From: Azolla caroliniana
Taxonomy: Eukaryota > Plantae > Polypodiophyta
Direction of reading: 5' to 3'
Length of the DNA stretch: 64,000 bases
Assembly (NCBI GenBank): GCA_043228905.1
Contig: JBHGNT010000005.1
Span: 8,742,001 to 8,806,000, forward strand
The position numbers and the translations under genes are program-made. The notes beneath the pieces are model-generated. The model saw only the letters and a list, made by a program, of their open reading frames with translations. It ran no database searches and was not told the DNA's origin. The first letter of the stretch is position 1, and every line of letters begins with the position of its first letter. Of this stretch, positions 26,835 to 39,898 are shown one piece after another.

Positions 26835-27301
26835 TGTTACAGGCATGACCATATAATATCTCGTGGTGAGAATTTACCGTAGTATTCTATACACGTGGAT
26901 AAGTGTGAGGGTTAAACGAGAGTGTAAAGAAGGGGAGGATTACTTTTAAATCCTCGGGATTGAGACAACCCATTAGGCCAAGTGTGAACATGGCTGGGGG
27001 CCCTGGGTATCGCTATAAATAGAGGCCTAGCTACCCTCATTTCATTATCTTGTTGACTACGTCGAGACTCTGTCTTGTGGTGGGTGAACTCTTGTAGCGA
27101 GCACTCTAGCACCAGGTATGACTCGACGCCACGGCGGTGGTATGGGACGCCGATCGAGGCTCGAGTCCGTCTCGATCCCTTCGCCCGGGGGTGGTCAGGT
27201 GGATCGGCACCCTTCTTTCTCTCTCTCCTCTCTATCTAGATCTATCTATTCATCTATATTCTATCCTTATCTAATGCTTACATTAGTCTATGTCTCTAAC
27301 A
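26835..27301 (+). mobile_element. Solo LTR of an otherwise unrepresented family
   Basis: TGTTA..TAACA ends, exact TSD ccaca, TATA at about 27014. Confidence 0.88.
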
Positions 27302-28974
27302 CCACAACTCTCTCTTTATTTGAGCATACCTTCTTTGTTGATCATGTAAAATCTTTGCTCCAAACCGAATAACATATCAATCTCTTGTTTCATCCTCTTG
27401 ATTAATAACCATCCAATTCCAGTCGGACTTGCATCTACAGTCACAAAGATAGGTCGACCTTGCTCATATATAGATCGTTGCAAGGCTGGTGTAGATGACA
27501 AAAGTATCTTAATCTTCTTCATGGCCAATGTATGCTCCTCCCATATAAACCTTTGTCCTTTCCGTAATAACTTATATAAGGGATCAACAATATGTGCAAA
27601 ATGTGGAATCCAAATATGATAAAAAACACATGCACCTAAAAACCATCTTACTTCTGATGTTGACTTGCAGATATCCTCCATTGCATTGATGCAGTCCACC
27701 ATGGCTGGATCAGGTTTCCGACCATAGGGGCCACACAAATGTCCCACAATTTGCACTTTAGATATACCAAAACTTGATTTTTCTCCAAAAATTGTCAAAT
27801 GTGCCTCTAAATTCTTCAATATGTCTTCATAGTCTGCTATATGATCTGAGACGAATTTCCGACATCCATCCGACCCAACTTCTTCATCCTTCTCCTCTTC
27901 TACACATCCTTTAATCGGAATGTCATCCAAGAAGGCATTGTTCGATGAAGAATGTGATCCTTGAGCACCTTATTCATTGCGTTCATCATATGAGCGACAT
28001 AATTAGTTGCGCCTTGTGGTAAAGTACACATTCGAACCAACCCAATAGGTGTATGCATTGTAGTAATATCCCTACTATCCAAAACAAGCTGAAATTGATC
28101 ATATCCGGAATACAAATCAGCCATGGAGTAGATAGCTCTACCTGCAAAAGATTCTGCGAAGGAATCCATGACGGGACCAACTCCTGAATTCCGAATCGTT
28201 ACTTTGTTAACTGGTTGGAGATCTTGAATGAACTTGAGAGATCCATTCTTTTTTGGTACTGTAAACCACCTGTTAGAATATGGAGCATTCGAAGGTTCCA
28301 AGATACCCATCCACACCTTCTCTTTTAGCAACTCAATGAGTTTCGGAATATGAGCTCTTGGAACAAGAATTGGTTTCAAGTTCCAAGGCATATGAGGGAC
28401 AGTAAAGATAACCATTGGCTCCACCTGTTGTGGGTCCACACAACCTATCTCTGAAGGTGAAAAAGCAAAAGCCTTACCATGTTGACATAACATCTTTCGA
28501 AATTGGCTTTCTTCAGCTTGATTAAGGAAATCACCCCCTCCTATCTGAAGCTTCCCTTGCGAAGACTCCGTAAACACATGACCAATCATCCTTGGATCCC
28601 GTAACATTGGTTCTTTCTTCACCCTTTTTAGCCGATCTATGCTATCAGCTGGCAATGGTTCTGCTAAGGGTCGAACTTTCCGATCCACTGTCTTATATTT
28701 AGTATGGACGCGAGCAACCACATCCATCCGATTTTGAAATGTTGCAATACATATCCACTGAATTGGTTGGAATAAAAAATGACCGACCTTCATTTGAATA
28801 CAAAGAATTTTCCAATTCGCCAATGGTATCCACAAAGGAAAGTCGATGTTTAAGAAGCATCACCCAAATGTCTTCCATATTTACCTAGCTTTTACGATTT
28901 AAATCATCAATAGAAGAAAATGAGATTGCTCCAGTATAAGAAACATAAACTTTATTATTTTTGGAACAATTAAT

Positions 28975-29605
28975 TGTTGGGAATATGTCTCTCTAGTGGG
29001 AGGAAGAACCGACTATTCGGAAAGCCGACAGTCGAAGAGTCGAAAATAGTGAGTCGACTGTTTGAAGATTTGACTATTATTATTATAGTAATAATAATAA
29101 TGATGATGTTAGGAAACAAGTCTCCCGGATGGGGAGAGAGAGAGGAGCCGAGATGATGAGTGACTCGGGAGACTATATCTGTAAATAGTTTAAGTGTGCG
29201 CCCCATGAGGGCTATGTATGTAAATAGCCAGAAAGTTGTATAGGTATATATACAACTAGGGCAAACTTTATGTGTGTGATGAACAGAGAAGAATAGAAGC
29301 TGTAGTGTACATAAGAGAACGAGTGAGAGAGTGTGTGTGAGCCGCGTCATAGCTGTGTTTGTAACAGGAGACGCGAAGAGCCCTGTGTGGCTGATACACT
29401 CGACAGAGTGTTGTAATCATCTTTGGTGTATATCCACTATTTGCATAGTGAAGTTTTGTTCCCGTGGTTTTCCCCGTTTTAGAGTTTCCACGTAAATCTC
29501 TGTGTGTACATCTGTTTATCTTGTCTTTCTGGCATTTTTGTGTGATTCGTATTTCAGCGCGTAGTTCCTTCATTGTGATTTATATTCCGCGACGATTTCT
29601 CAACA
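28975..29605 (+). mobile_element. Solo LTR of the Copia J family
   Basis: Homologous to 14102-14784, exact TSD ttaat. Confidence 0.93.
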
Positions 29606-29669
29606 TTAATCTCATACAAGGACTTTTGTTGTCCCGAACTATTATAGCCCTGTTTTATAATAGTCCTAT

Positions 29670-31688
29670 CTAAAAATCCCGATCAGAGGATACATGTAAA
29701 CTATCCTTATTTCTTTCATGATTAGGTCGAACTATCTGAAATTGTACTGTCCTTCCACCATCCATATCTTTGATCTGAGCATAGGCCGATCCATCATCCA
29801 ATACCTTGGTCTCCATGCGGACAACAACCATAAAGGGCTGCCCCAATATAACTAGATATGTGGCTGAATCCTAAATAAAGAAATGTTGAAGCACAATAAC
29901 ACCACTGATTGACACCTCCACATCTGGGCAAGCTCCAGATAACTCCTTTGATGATTGTGTTGCTGCTCGAATCCTCTAATGGTGATCAAAAGTCATTGGC
30001 CACCCTCCTTGCTTGTAAACCTCCAAGGACATGAGGTTTATATCTGAGCCACTATCAATAAGAGCCATGATTGCCTCCGATAAACCACCAAGTCGTACTT
30101 TCGTTTCTGTAGTTGCCCGAGCCCAGTGATTCCGAGTAAAGTGGCTCCTCGGAATATTATATTCATGCTTTAGCACTTGTGTAGATCCTTCTTTCCATCC
30201 AGCCTCCTTTGTAGTCATTGTTGTATCAACTGAAATTTGCTTTCTTCGCATCTTCTCTAGTAAATCATCCTGAACTTCCTTTTTGGAGACTGCCAACAAG
30301 TCTCCTAATGGAACCGAGACATGTTGCTTTAGAACATAATTTTCAATGAAAGAGAAAGCATCTACCTCTTGTTCCAATTCTGTCCGCATCCGGAATGTTG
30401 GAGATGACTTCTTGGATACTTGTACAGGGTTTGGTTCAACCTTTTGCATGTCCAAATTTTGCTTTTCGGATGATGGAGAATAAAAATCAGCCCTCTTTAG
30501 AACTTGTTCACGATCCAACTCTTCCTCTCTTCTCCTCTTCTCCTTTACCATCACATCATAATTTGTGGGAAAAGTTGGATCACTCCAACCAGTCTTTTGA
30601 CAACCATCTTCAATAAGAACAGTTTGAATAGTTGGATCTTGCTTGGGCAATTCAATTAGTCGAATAGCAACCGAAGTAGAATGGAAAATAGCTTGTGCAT
30701 GTCGAAGCTCTTCTTCCTCCAAGAGCTTTTTCATTCCTCCTCGCCCAAAATTTGTCTTTAGTGGTTGACGAGTCACGGATGAGTGGATCAACCGATCCTT
30801 GTAGAATATGAGGTTCTTCTGCATCACCTCCTGATGCTCCGCACACTCCGATCTTCGACGCTCCAAATTGTCACACCATAAGCATAAAAAATCCCTAGTC
30901 GGAAGAGTTTGTTGCACTTGTGGCTGATGTTGCACATTCGACATGGAAGAAATCTTCCACTCCATGAATTGCTTCATTAGGTCATCTACGTCACTTGGTT
31001 CTGGTTTCTCCATAGATGCCTCAATTCTTGTTCCTGTCTTCAAAGAGGAGGTCGGAGTAGCGTTTCCAGGTCCCTTCGAGCCCAACCATGTTCTTCTTTT
31101 CTCATATCGAAGGTAGATGGACTGAATTCGGCTCCAATTCTCCTCTAAACCTATTTCAGTTTCACTTGATTCCATAAGTTCTCCTAGCTCTACCCTATCC
31201 GCATCGGGAACCGAGCGAAGGAAGAGAACCACCTTCTGTGGTTCAAGCAAAGTTTGCTCCCGAACTGAGAGTTGTCGGAACTTTGCTTCAAAATCAGTAA
31301 GGGTCTCTAGAACTGACCCATGCTTATTGTCCAACTCCACCCAAGCTTCAAATGCCCGCCGAGTCATCTTGGTGGAATCAACATAATTAAAAAAACTGAG
31401 CAAATCACGATGGAATGCCTCCCATTCAACATCTTGCGTTTGAAGCTCTTTTATGATAGGAAGAACATCGGCAGCTACCACACGATGGAAGTTGGATTTC
31501 TTCAAATTAGTGGGAATATTGGGATGTAACATCTCTGCATCGAACACCTGCAAAAATCGGGTCACATCCTTTCCAGTGAATGGACCTAACTTCTCTAATA
31601 CCCCATCCACAACTTGATCTAGGTTCGGACTCCTCTCCTTCCCTGTGAGAAAAACTTCTAGAATTGATTGAAGTTGTGCTGCATCCAT
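29670..31688 (-). pseudogene. gag: F gag-protease ORF1
   Basis: 570-aa ORF with CLWCD knuckle and ALIDSGSDIN; natural end at GAT TTT TAG. Confidence 0.85.
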
Positions 31689-32433
31689 GTTAGAAGAGGT
31701 AAAATCCCAAAGAACTCACTCTCCTTGCCGCCCGTTTTCACGTCGGGTTCACCACATGTCGTGGCAAAGCATGTTGCGTATAAGAGCTTGGCATATCCAG
31801 GAAGAACCGTTGGAGTTCTAAATCAGGGGAGTGGAAATAAGAAGATGAAAGAGAAGAGTGGGAAGTCGAGCCAGAAGTATCTCAATAGTCACTAGTGGTT
31901 TGCAGTCCTACCCGTGAAGACAAAAACCCTTATATTATTCCACCTACGTAACCAAATTAAGTGTGCAAACACAGATTGGAAAGCCCTCTGGAAGAGCTTT
32001 CCAACGAGCTGTAGAATGTCAAAAATAGACGTTAGAATTGAGAGTTATCAACAAAATACCGTACAACGCTACTCCTCAAACGTAGTAGAAGAAGAAATGC
32101 CAAAATAGGAGATTCACTATTTCTTCGAGAGAAAAACCCTTTACAAATTAGGACTCTTTGATTGTTCCCCCCCCCCCCCCCCCCTCCATGACAATAATCC
32201 TCCCCTCTTATACTAAATCGTTGTCATTACATGTAGGCCACGTGGCACACACCTAGAGAAGCTTGTGCATGTGCGCGATATAAAGCATGTGGGCCATGTG
32301 GCACACATGTAGAGAAACTTTGCATGTGCGTTATATGGTGCACATGAAATACATTACGTGGTTTTGACTACACAATATTTGTTCCAAAATAATGCAAATA
32401 AATCCCTAAGAACAATAATACTAAAGAACTTTG

Positions 32434-32701
32434 TGTCGGGAACTCAAGGCTCCTTTTGCACAATGCTCGGCCACAACCGAGCTTAGGATCATACACAGAA
32501 AACGGGAAAGAAAACAGGACACGAAGAAGAGAAGAGTACGCGGGATGTTTACGTGGAAAACCCCAAACTAGGGTAAAAAACCACGGCAGCCCACAGGCTG
32601 CAAACTATCACTATGTTAGAGTGTACAACAGTGAGTTCACGGAGGCAACGACCTCGTGCTCACGATCTTCGCCACAGGCGGCGGTTACAACAGAGGCAAC
32701 G

Positions 32702-32750
<49 letters not shown>

Positions 32751-34290
32751 CACAGTTACACGCTCTCTCACTCCTTGCGCCAACAAGAATGACAACAACT
32801 CTTACTAGAAGTTTGCCCTAAGTCATATTTATACTAATATGACTTTTCGGCTATTTACAAATATAGCCTCGATAGACTCTCAAAAACATATTTACGAATA
32901 TGTCTCTTCATCCGGTGAGCATTCCTCACTGGGTCTGCACCATCTGGCTCTCCGTAGCCGGGTTCTCGTCATCCGGTTTCAGCCTCGGCCTATCGGCCTC
33001 GACCGAGTTTGTTCATCGGCATTGTTCTTCTCCCTTCCCATCCGGAGGGACCTGTCTCCCAACAAACTCCCCCTTCACTCCGGCATGGGGTGTTCTTACC
33101 CCGGCATGCATCCAGCTTGTCGGGTATCAGCACTTTGGTCAGCATATTTGACCCGTTCTCGGCCGTGTGGATCTTCATCAGCGCGAACTCCTGGTCATCT
33201 ACTCTTTCCCGGATCAAGTGATATCTTCGCTGGATATGCTTCGTCCGGGGAATGGTAGGCTGCATTCTTAGCAAGGTGGATGGCACTTTGACTATCGCAA
33301 TAGAGCTGGTATTCCTCTTGCCGGATACCGAGCTCTCCGATGAAGTCCTTCATCCATAATATTTCCTTGCCGGCTTCCACAGCTGCCATGTACTCCGCCT
33401 CCGTGGTTGACAATGCAACCGTCTTCTGCAGCCTCGACTGCCACGAAACAGCTCCCCCTGCATATGTCATTACATACCCGGATGTAGACCGGCTGGTATC
33501 CACATCAGCCGACATGTCCGAATCGGTGAAACCGTCAAGTTGAGGTTTTCCGGAGCCGAATCGGAGACACATATTTGAAGTGCCCTTCAAATACCGGAGT
33601 ATCCAATTGACCGCGTTCTAGTGCTCCTTGCCGGGATTGCTCATAAACCGGCTCACCACTCCGACTGCGTATCCTATATCCGGTCGGGTACACACCATTG
33701 CGTACATCAAGCTCCCGACGGCAGAGGCATATGGAATCCTCATCATATCCGCCTTCTCTGCTTTCGTCTTCGGGCTTTGCTTACCGGATAGCCTGCAGTT
33801 TGCCGGAAGTGTCGATCCGACCGGTTTCGCATCTGACATGTTGAACTGGTGAAGCACCTTTGTCACGTACTTTTCCTGTGACAGCCATAATTGCTTCACT
33901 GACCAGTTCCGGATAATATGCATCCCCAACATCTGTCTTGCCGGACCCAAGTCTTTCATTGAGAAGGTCCGGTTGAGAGCCTACTTCAGCATCCATATTT
34001 TGACTTGGTCCCGTCCGACGATCAACATGTCGCCCACGTACAGAAGGAGTATCAGGAAGTCGCCTCCTTCGAACTTCTTCACAAACACGCAGTGATCGGC
34101 CTGCGTCTTGTGGTACCCTTGATCGGTCATGAAGGAGTCGAACTTCCGGTACCATTGCCGGGGGGCCTGCCCATTGCCGGGGGGCCTGCTTCAACCTGTA
34201 GAGGCTCTTCTTCAACCGTCATACCAGGTGCTCCTTCCCTTTCTCCACGAATCCCTCTGGTTGTTGCATGTAGATCTCCTCTTCGAGATC
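32434..34290 (-). mobile_element. Truncated Copia N: 3' LTR 32434-33064 plus RH and part of RT
   Basis: PPT next to the LTR; close relative of Copia M; ends abruptly at 34290. Confidence 0.9.
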
Positions 34291-34826
34291 AACTTTACAA
34301 TGCTTGATAACAAGATGAAACCCTTCTCTACCGACTCTTAATTTGAACCCTCGACTTCAACTCCGAGAGACAAGACACTTCCCCAAATGTGCTAGCTTCT
34401 TTGCTTGATTATATTATTTGATTTCTTACTTTCTCTTCTTGATTACCCTGTTTTCCCTTGATTCATCCCTTAATTACTTGCCTCTCTTTATAGGTTCTCT
34501 CATGCATATGATGATATGGGGGTTGCATGGCATGCATGTGATGCATGATCTCCATTTGGCGCACATGCTTTACATGTGATGCATGATTGCCATCATGCTC
34601 ATCTAAGCTCTAATGTAAAATACACATGTCATAAGTATGATGATAAAAATATAATTATAGAAAATAACTAATCATAATGGTATATGTTTCGTCCTTGGTG
34701 TGTGAGGTTATGGGTTCAAGTCTCTCAAATGTTACTTAATACAATATTGAAGTTTATTTTTATATCGTGAAGCAAATCCTTCACAACACCCACCCCCTCT
34801 GAACTTGCACACTGGTTGTGCAAAGT

Positions 34827-36870
34827 TCATCCAAAGTCTTGGAAAAACTCTTCATTCCGTTTCTGAAATGGATGTCCCCTCAAGCATTCTTTGTTTCTTT
34901 CATGGTTAGGCGTCATGGTTAAGATATGGCCCCTCTTCCTTCCATCCTGACTCTTGATCCTCACGAAAGCCGAATCATCATTAATTACAATTGTTTCTAT
35001 CCTTACTACGTTGATGTATGGTTCACCATCCATTGTTTCCATACTCACTACGCTTATGTATGGTTGACCAAGGATGACGGGGTAGGTTGATCCATCTTTC
35101 ACATAGTAATTTTGATCCACTAACACATCTTCCATTGTTGCTTTCACATTAGGACATGCTCCGAATAGATCCTCCATCATCTCTGTTGCAACTCTTTTCT
35201 TCGAACCATGATTCTTATCGATTGGCCACCTTCCTTGAGCACAACATTCCGATGACATCATGTTAATTTCTGATCCATGATCCATCAAAGCAATACAAGG
35301 AATTTGTTGCTCCATAATTTTTGTAGGCGTCGTTGTTGCTTGAGCCCAATGGTTCTTTGTATAATGACTCTTGTCCCCTTCATGAATCCCAACATCATTT
35401 ATCTTCTTTACACCTACAACATTGATGGATTCATGATCCAAATCTTGGAGACTTGTTGCTGCACACTCTCTTGTAACTTCTTCCATGACATGTTTTATAT
35501 CCATCGTGGCTTCTGTGTCCGAAGCAAGCTTAAAAGTTGGGTTTGTCTTCCCTTTGACTTTATCAGCTTCTTTTGACTTAGGAGCATCCTTTTCCTTCTC
35601 TCTTCTCTGAATTTGTTCTTGTGTCTCATGTTTCTTTGCCGACTCAGCCTCAGTTCTCTTTCGCTTCTCTTCCACTAGTGCATCTTGTACATTCACTTGG
35701 GCAAATGCTGATAGTGTGTCTATTGGATCATTCCATCCAGTGAAGTTCCGTATTTCATCACCCACGCTTTTTAATTCATTCACTTGAACCTTCCCTTTTC
35801 TTGCATACTTCATCACACCTTGCCAAAAGCCAGATCCACCATATGAGTCTTCTACGCGCAACCCTAATGTTGTCACAGATTGTATTCTTTGAGTTGTTTC
35901 TTTCTCGGCATCTTCCATTAGCTTTTTCATTCCACCTCACTCGAAGTTGAGTTGAAGTGGTTGTCGAGTCTCTGTCGAGTGAATCTTACCATCTTGATAA
36001 TAGATTTTATCATGATTAAGAGCATCCCTATTTTCTTGACAGTCTTTCTTATGATGGTCGATACTGTCACACCACATACACCTTTGGATCATTCCCCCTC
36101 CTTGCCTTAACGAAGTTGAGCTTTGTCCCGATGCTAGCTTCATCACTTTGATCGACAAGTCTTTCATGCCTTTCACCAACTCATGCAAGAGTGAATCTTC
36201 TATTTTCTTCTCTCCCGAGTTGTTTCCCGTTTCGTCTCCCTTCCTCTTAGGCAAACTCCATAAACCATAACTTTCTTTTACAGAAATGGTTGCACACCCT
36301 TTTCACCTCCTCCCAGTCTTCGGTAAGTCCACTTGGGCTATTCTGATATTCCAGAAGCATTCCCAAGTCCTTCCTGTCTTTAATATTAGTGGCTTGTAGA
36401 AACAATATTATTTTATCTGGCATTATTATATTTCTATCCCTAACATTTAATTGCTCAAATCTTTCTAAAAATTCTTTTAATACTTCCAAAACACTTAAAT
36501 GTTTCTCAAACTCTACCCAATCCATGAAAGCTCGCCTTGTCATCCTCAACATATCGTTGAGGTTGTATTCATTCAATAATGCTCTTTCGAAAGTCGCCCA
36601 TGCATGGTGCTCTCTTTGTAGTTCGTGGATCCTTTCTTGTAGCCCAATCACAACGACTCGACTAAAGCTATTAATTTTTGTCGCTTCATCGACACCTCGT
36701 TTAAGCATTTCCTCTTTGTAAATCTTCAGAAATCTTGTTAAATTCATACCTTCGAAGATCCCTACTCATGTGAAAATATTGTCGACGGCTTTGTCGATCC
36801 TTGCCATCATCCCTTGCTCCCGCATCATTCGTTCCATCATCGTACAATTAAGCCTCATTTGCTCCTCCAT
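34827..36870 (-). pseudogene. gag: C gag-protease
   Basis: ORF pieces 36247-36747, 35937-36254 (CMWCDSIDHHKKDC), 34827-35930 (ALMDHGSEIN, VILGQP). Confidence 0.85.
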
Positions 36871-37499
36871 TTTTCCTTGTCGCCGCCTTCACGTTGGGTT
36901 CACCAAATGTGTCGGAGTAGTTGTGGTTTGTGCAGCGAAGTTGCAGGGACTAAGGTTAAAGAAAGTTGGCTATATATTTTATAAGGCTTGTGCATTGATG
37001 TTAGAAAGATTAAGGATAGGAAGACAAAGTAATGTTTGTGAGAGAGACGAATATAGATAAAAGATAGAAGCAAGAGTATATGATATGAACATGATATATA
37101 TTAAGAAAACAAGATTTTACCAACTTTACAATGCTTGATAACAAAATGAAACCCTTCTCTACCGACTCTTGATTTGAACCCTCGACTTCAACTCCAAGAG
37201 ACAAGACACTTCCCCAAATGCGCTAGCTTCTTTGCTTGATTATATTATTTTATTTTTTACTTTCTCTTCTTGATTACCCTGTTTTCCCTTGATTCATCCC
37301 TTAATTCCTTGCCTCTCTTTATAGGTTCTCTCATGCATATGATGATATGGGGGTTGCATGGCATGCATGTGATGCATGATCTCCATTTGGCGCACATGCT
37401 TTACATGTGATGCATGATTGCCATCATGCTCATCTAAGCTCTAATGTAAGATACACATGTCATAAGTATGATGATAAAAATATAACTATAGAAAATAAC

Positions 37500-37556
37500 T
37501 AATCATAATGGTATATGTTTCGTCCTTGGTGTGTGAGGTTATGGGTTCAAGTCTCT
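37500..37556 (+). other. tRNA-like A-box/B-box module, antisense in C U3 (copy at about 34669-34725)
   Basis: TAATGGTATATG...GAGGTTATGGGTTCAAGTC, with TTTTT about 35 nt downstream. Confidence 0.5.
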
Positions 37557-39868
37557 CAAATGTTACTTAATACAATATTGAAGTTTATTTTTATATCGTG
37601 AAGCAAATCCTTCACGACACCGGCACAATTTCTCGTCGATGTCATGTCTGTACCACTTCCGTTCGGACGTCGTTGTCTATGCCTATCTCTTCGTTCGACG
37701 TTTCGGGCAACCGCATCCTGAAACTTCCGCCCACTCTCGAAGTGGTGTTCATCGCTCTGTAGTTCCCGGGCTTATCCATGGCCGTCCTTTTCCCACAAGA
37801 CGAGAGGGTGGCTTGCTCCACACCCTCTCCCATGTCACCATTGTACCATTCCTCAGCCTCCACATAGGCCCGTCTTCTGTGCGTAGGGAGGCGTCTTCCT
37901 CCCCGTCCTCCGATCCTCTTGAGCCCGACTCCTTAATAGACCCTTACCAATGCCTCTATGTCGAGCTCCACCGAACCATTCAGCAATGGACTCTCCTCTC
38001 CTCCTTCGGTGGTAGTTCGTAGCCACTCGCCACCCTCTTTTCACCGCCGCTCACGAGCCGTGTTGTGGCCAACCGCTTCACATCATGTCTCTGGCATACC
38101 CTCTCTACTTCAGTCCAATCCTCGACGAGGCCGTTCGCTCAATAATCATCTTCGAGTTCAAGTAAAATGTTCATCCTTTCCTCCCAATGGACAGACTTAA
38201 AAAATAGTAGGACCTTGTCCACCCCCATCGATCTTTGATCCCGCTCTGAGAGTTGAGCAAAACGATTCCGGAACTCTTGGAATGCTTTCATTGCACTCTA
38301 ATGGGCCTTTACGGATGCTACCCATCGGTCGAACTCGCGCCGACCTTGCCCCTTCGGTTTCTCATTCTCGTATGCCTCCAAACGCTCCTCTTTGAAGGAC
38401 ACCCACGACTTGTGAGCTCCTTAAAGCTCTCTAACGTCCTCATGTATTAACACGGCCGCCACCCGATGAAAATATGCTAGACTCATTGCCTCATCTACCT
38501 CCCTCGCCGTCATCTCAGCATTGTAGGCTTCCAAAAATTTCAGGACCTCGTTCCCGTTGAAACGATCGACCTTCTTAACTACACTCTCGACGGTTTGTTG
38601 AACCGCATCTCGCCTTTCTCTTCCCCTCGAAACTTCATGATCATGCTCAATGTCATCTCATTGAAATTTTCTTCCTCAGTCATCATTCTCCCTCGCCGCC
38701 CTTGACTTCGGGTTGACCAAATAATGTCCCGGAAATACGTGCGTACGTGTCGGGCTGGGTGGGACCATGGGGGTCTTAGACTAGGGAGTGAGAGAAGGAA
38801 AGAAAATTAGGAGCTTGGCCAATTCTCCGAGTTCGAAAGGGGGGGAAGGAACAATGCGTGACGATAAGGAATATTAATATTAGAGAGATTAAGATCTAAG
38901 ACAAGACAAGATTCATCGAACGATTATATTAAGAAAAACACCACATGAATTACAACCGTGGCCATGTTGGCCAAACGTAAGCACCACTAGACGAAACCCT
39001 AACCGGATAGGGAAAGAAGAAGAAGAACTAACCCTAATGAAAAGAAATGATAGAGAGTGGAACCTCTAAGAGAAACCCTAAAACGAGATGGGGAATAAGA
39101 ATCGCTAAAACCCTAATGGTCTACCTCAAAACAACAAAATGGCAACCCCCACAATGGTGACCCCTCACTTCCTTTTATAGGAGAAAGGGTTGAGGCACAT
39201 TACAAAAAGAGAGGCCAAATATCCCCTTCTTTCTATGGGGAATATTTGCCTTGATCTTAGGAGGAGAGATTGATGGGGCCTTAAGTCCCTCTTCTCACAC
39301 ACACACATTATGCCCACTACTTACTACACCTGTACTTCATGTACTCCCCTTAGTCTACATGTGTATGTGCACTTTTAACACCTTACATTTTACCCTTCCT
39401 TTTTACATTTGTTTTCTTAATCTTATTTTACAAGTCTATCAAGTCCATGTGCAATGTTGCACATCCCCGTTTTATTTATCCCACTTGGTTTTCTCACCAT
39501 GGCTGAAAATCCTCACGACAATGCGGCCTACCATTCCTGGACTAAGCACATCGAGAGGAGATACCACTCACTCTGAGAGAAAGTAGAAGATAAAGAGCTT
39601 TCCCTTACGAATATGCACATGGAGGAGAATGGTTCAGACATGCTGACCAAGGTGTTGTCAACTAAGAAGTTGAACGTGTGTTGGGAACGGATGGGATTGA
39701 GAAGACATCCCATCCTAGAGTGAAGGGGGTGTCATGGCAAGACTCGAACCCATGACTTTATGCTACATGGGTCGAGCTCTTACCATTAGATTATGAATTG
39801 TATTTTGTTGGATATTATTTTCATTTATACTTTATCATAGAAAATTGATGTATATTCCAGATCTCTCT

Positions 39869-39898
39869 GGAACATTCTAGAAGCTTCAGGATTATTCC
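39869..39898. promoter_or_regulatory. Heat-shock element array upstream of TATA (39908) in the A2 LTR
   Basis: GAAcaTTCtaGAAgcTTCagGATtaTTC. Confidence 0.68.

Larger units (their letters stand above)
24940..29670 (-). pseudogene. pol: F pol (RT-RH-IN), interrupted by two solo LTRs
   Basis: FIQDLQPVNK, LPQGATN, DDIPIKG, VDASPTGIG, integrase ORF 24872-26536. Confidence 0.88.
24167..32433 (-). mobile_element. Non-chromovirus Gypsy F (tRNA-Trp PBS), degenerate; 5' LTR cut by Copia N
   Basis: LTRs 24167-24931 and 31757-32433, PBS TGGTGAACCCGACGTGA 31738-31754, PPT about 24932-24943. Confidence 0.9.
34290..37619 (-). mobile_element. Non-autonomous gag-protease-only LTR element C (TR-GAG-like, Trp PBS)
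   Basis: 5' LTR 36910-37619, truncated 3' LTR 34290-34788, PBS tggtgaacccaacgtga, PPT 34789-34799, 2.1-kb interior without RT/RH/IN. Confidence 0.88.
23066..39520 (-). mobile_element. Gypsy-type LTR element E (Trp-like PBS); only gag remnants visible
   Basis: LTRs 23066-23760 and 38725-39520, PPT at 23761-23770, PBS tggtcaacccgaag, probable 4-bp TSD acgt/atgc inside K codons KNAAYH, gag remnant 37620-38686. Confidence 0.8.

Noticed and set aside
34152-34190. 19-bp tandem duplication in N RT
   Set aside because: Ordinary slippage or repair scar.
24163-37624. Single insertion bounded by ccgt/ccgg
   Set aside because: The two ends belong to different LTR families (F and C); a deletion at 34290 explains the layout better.
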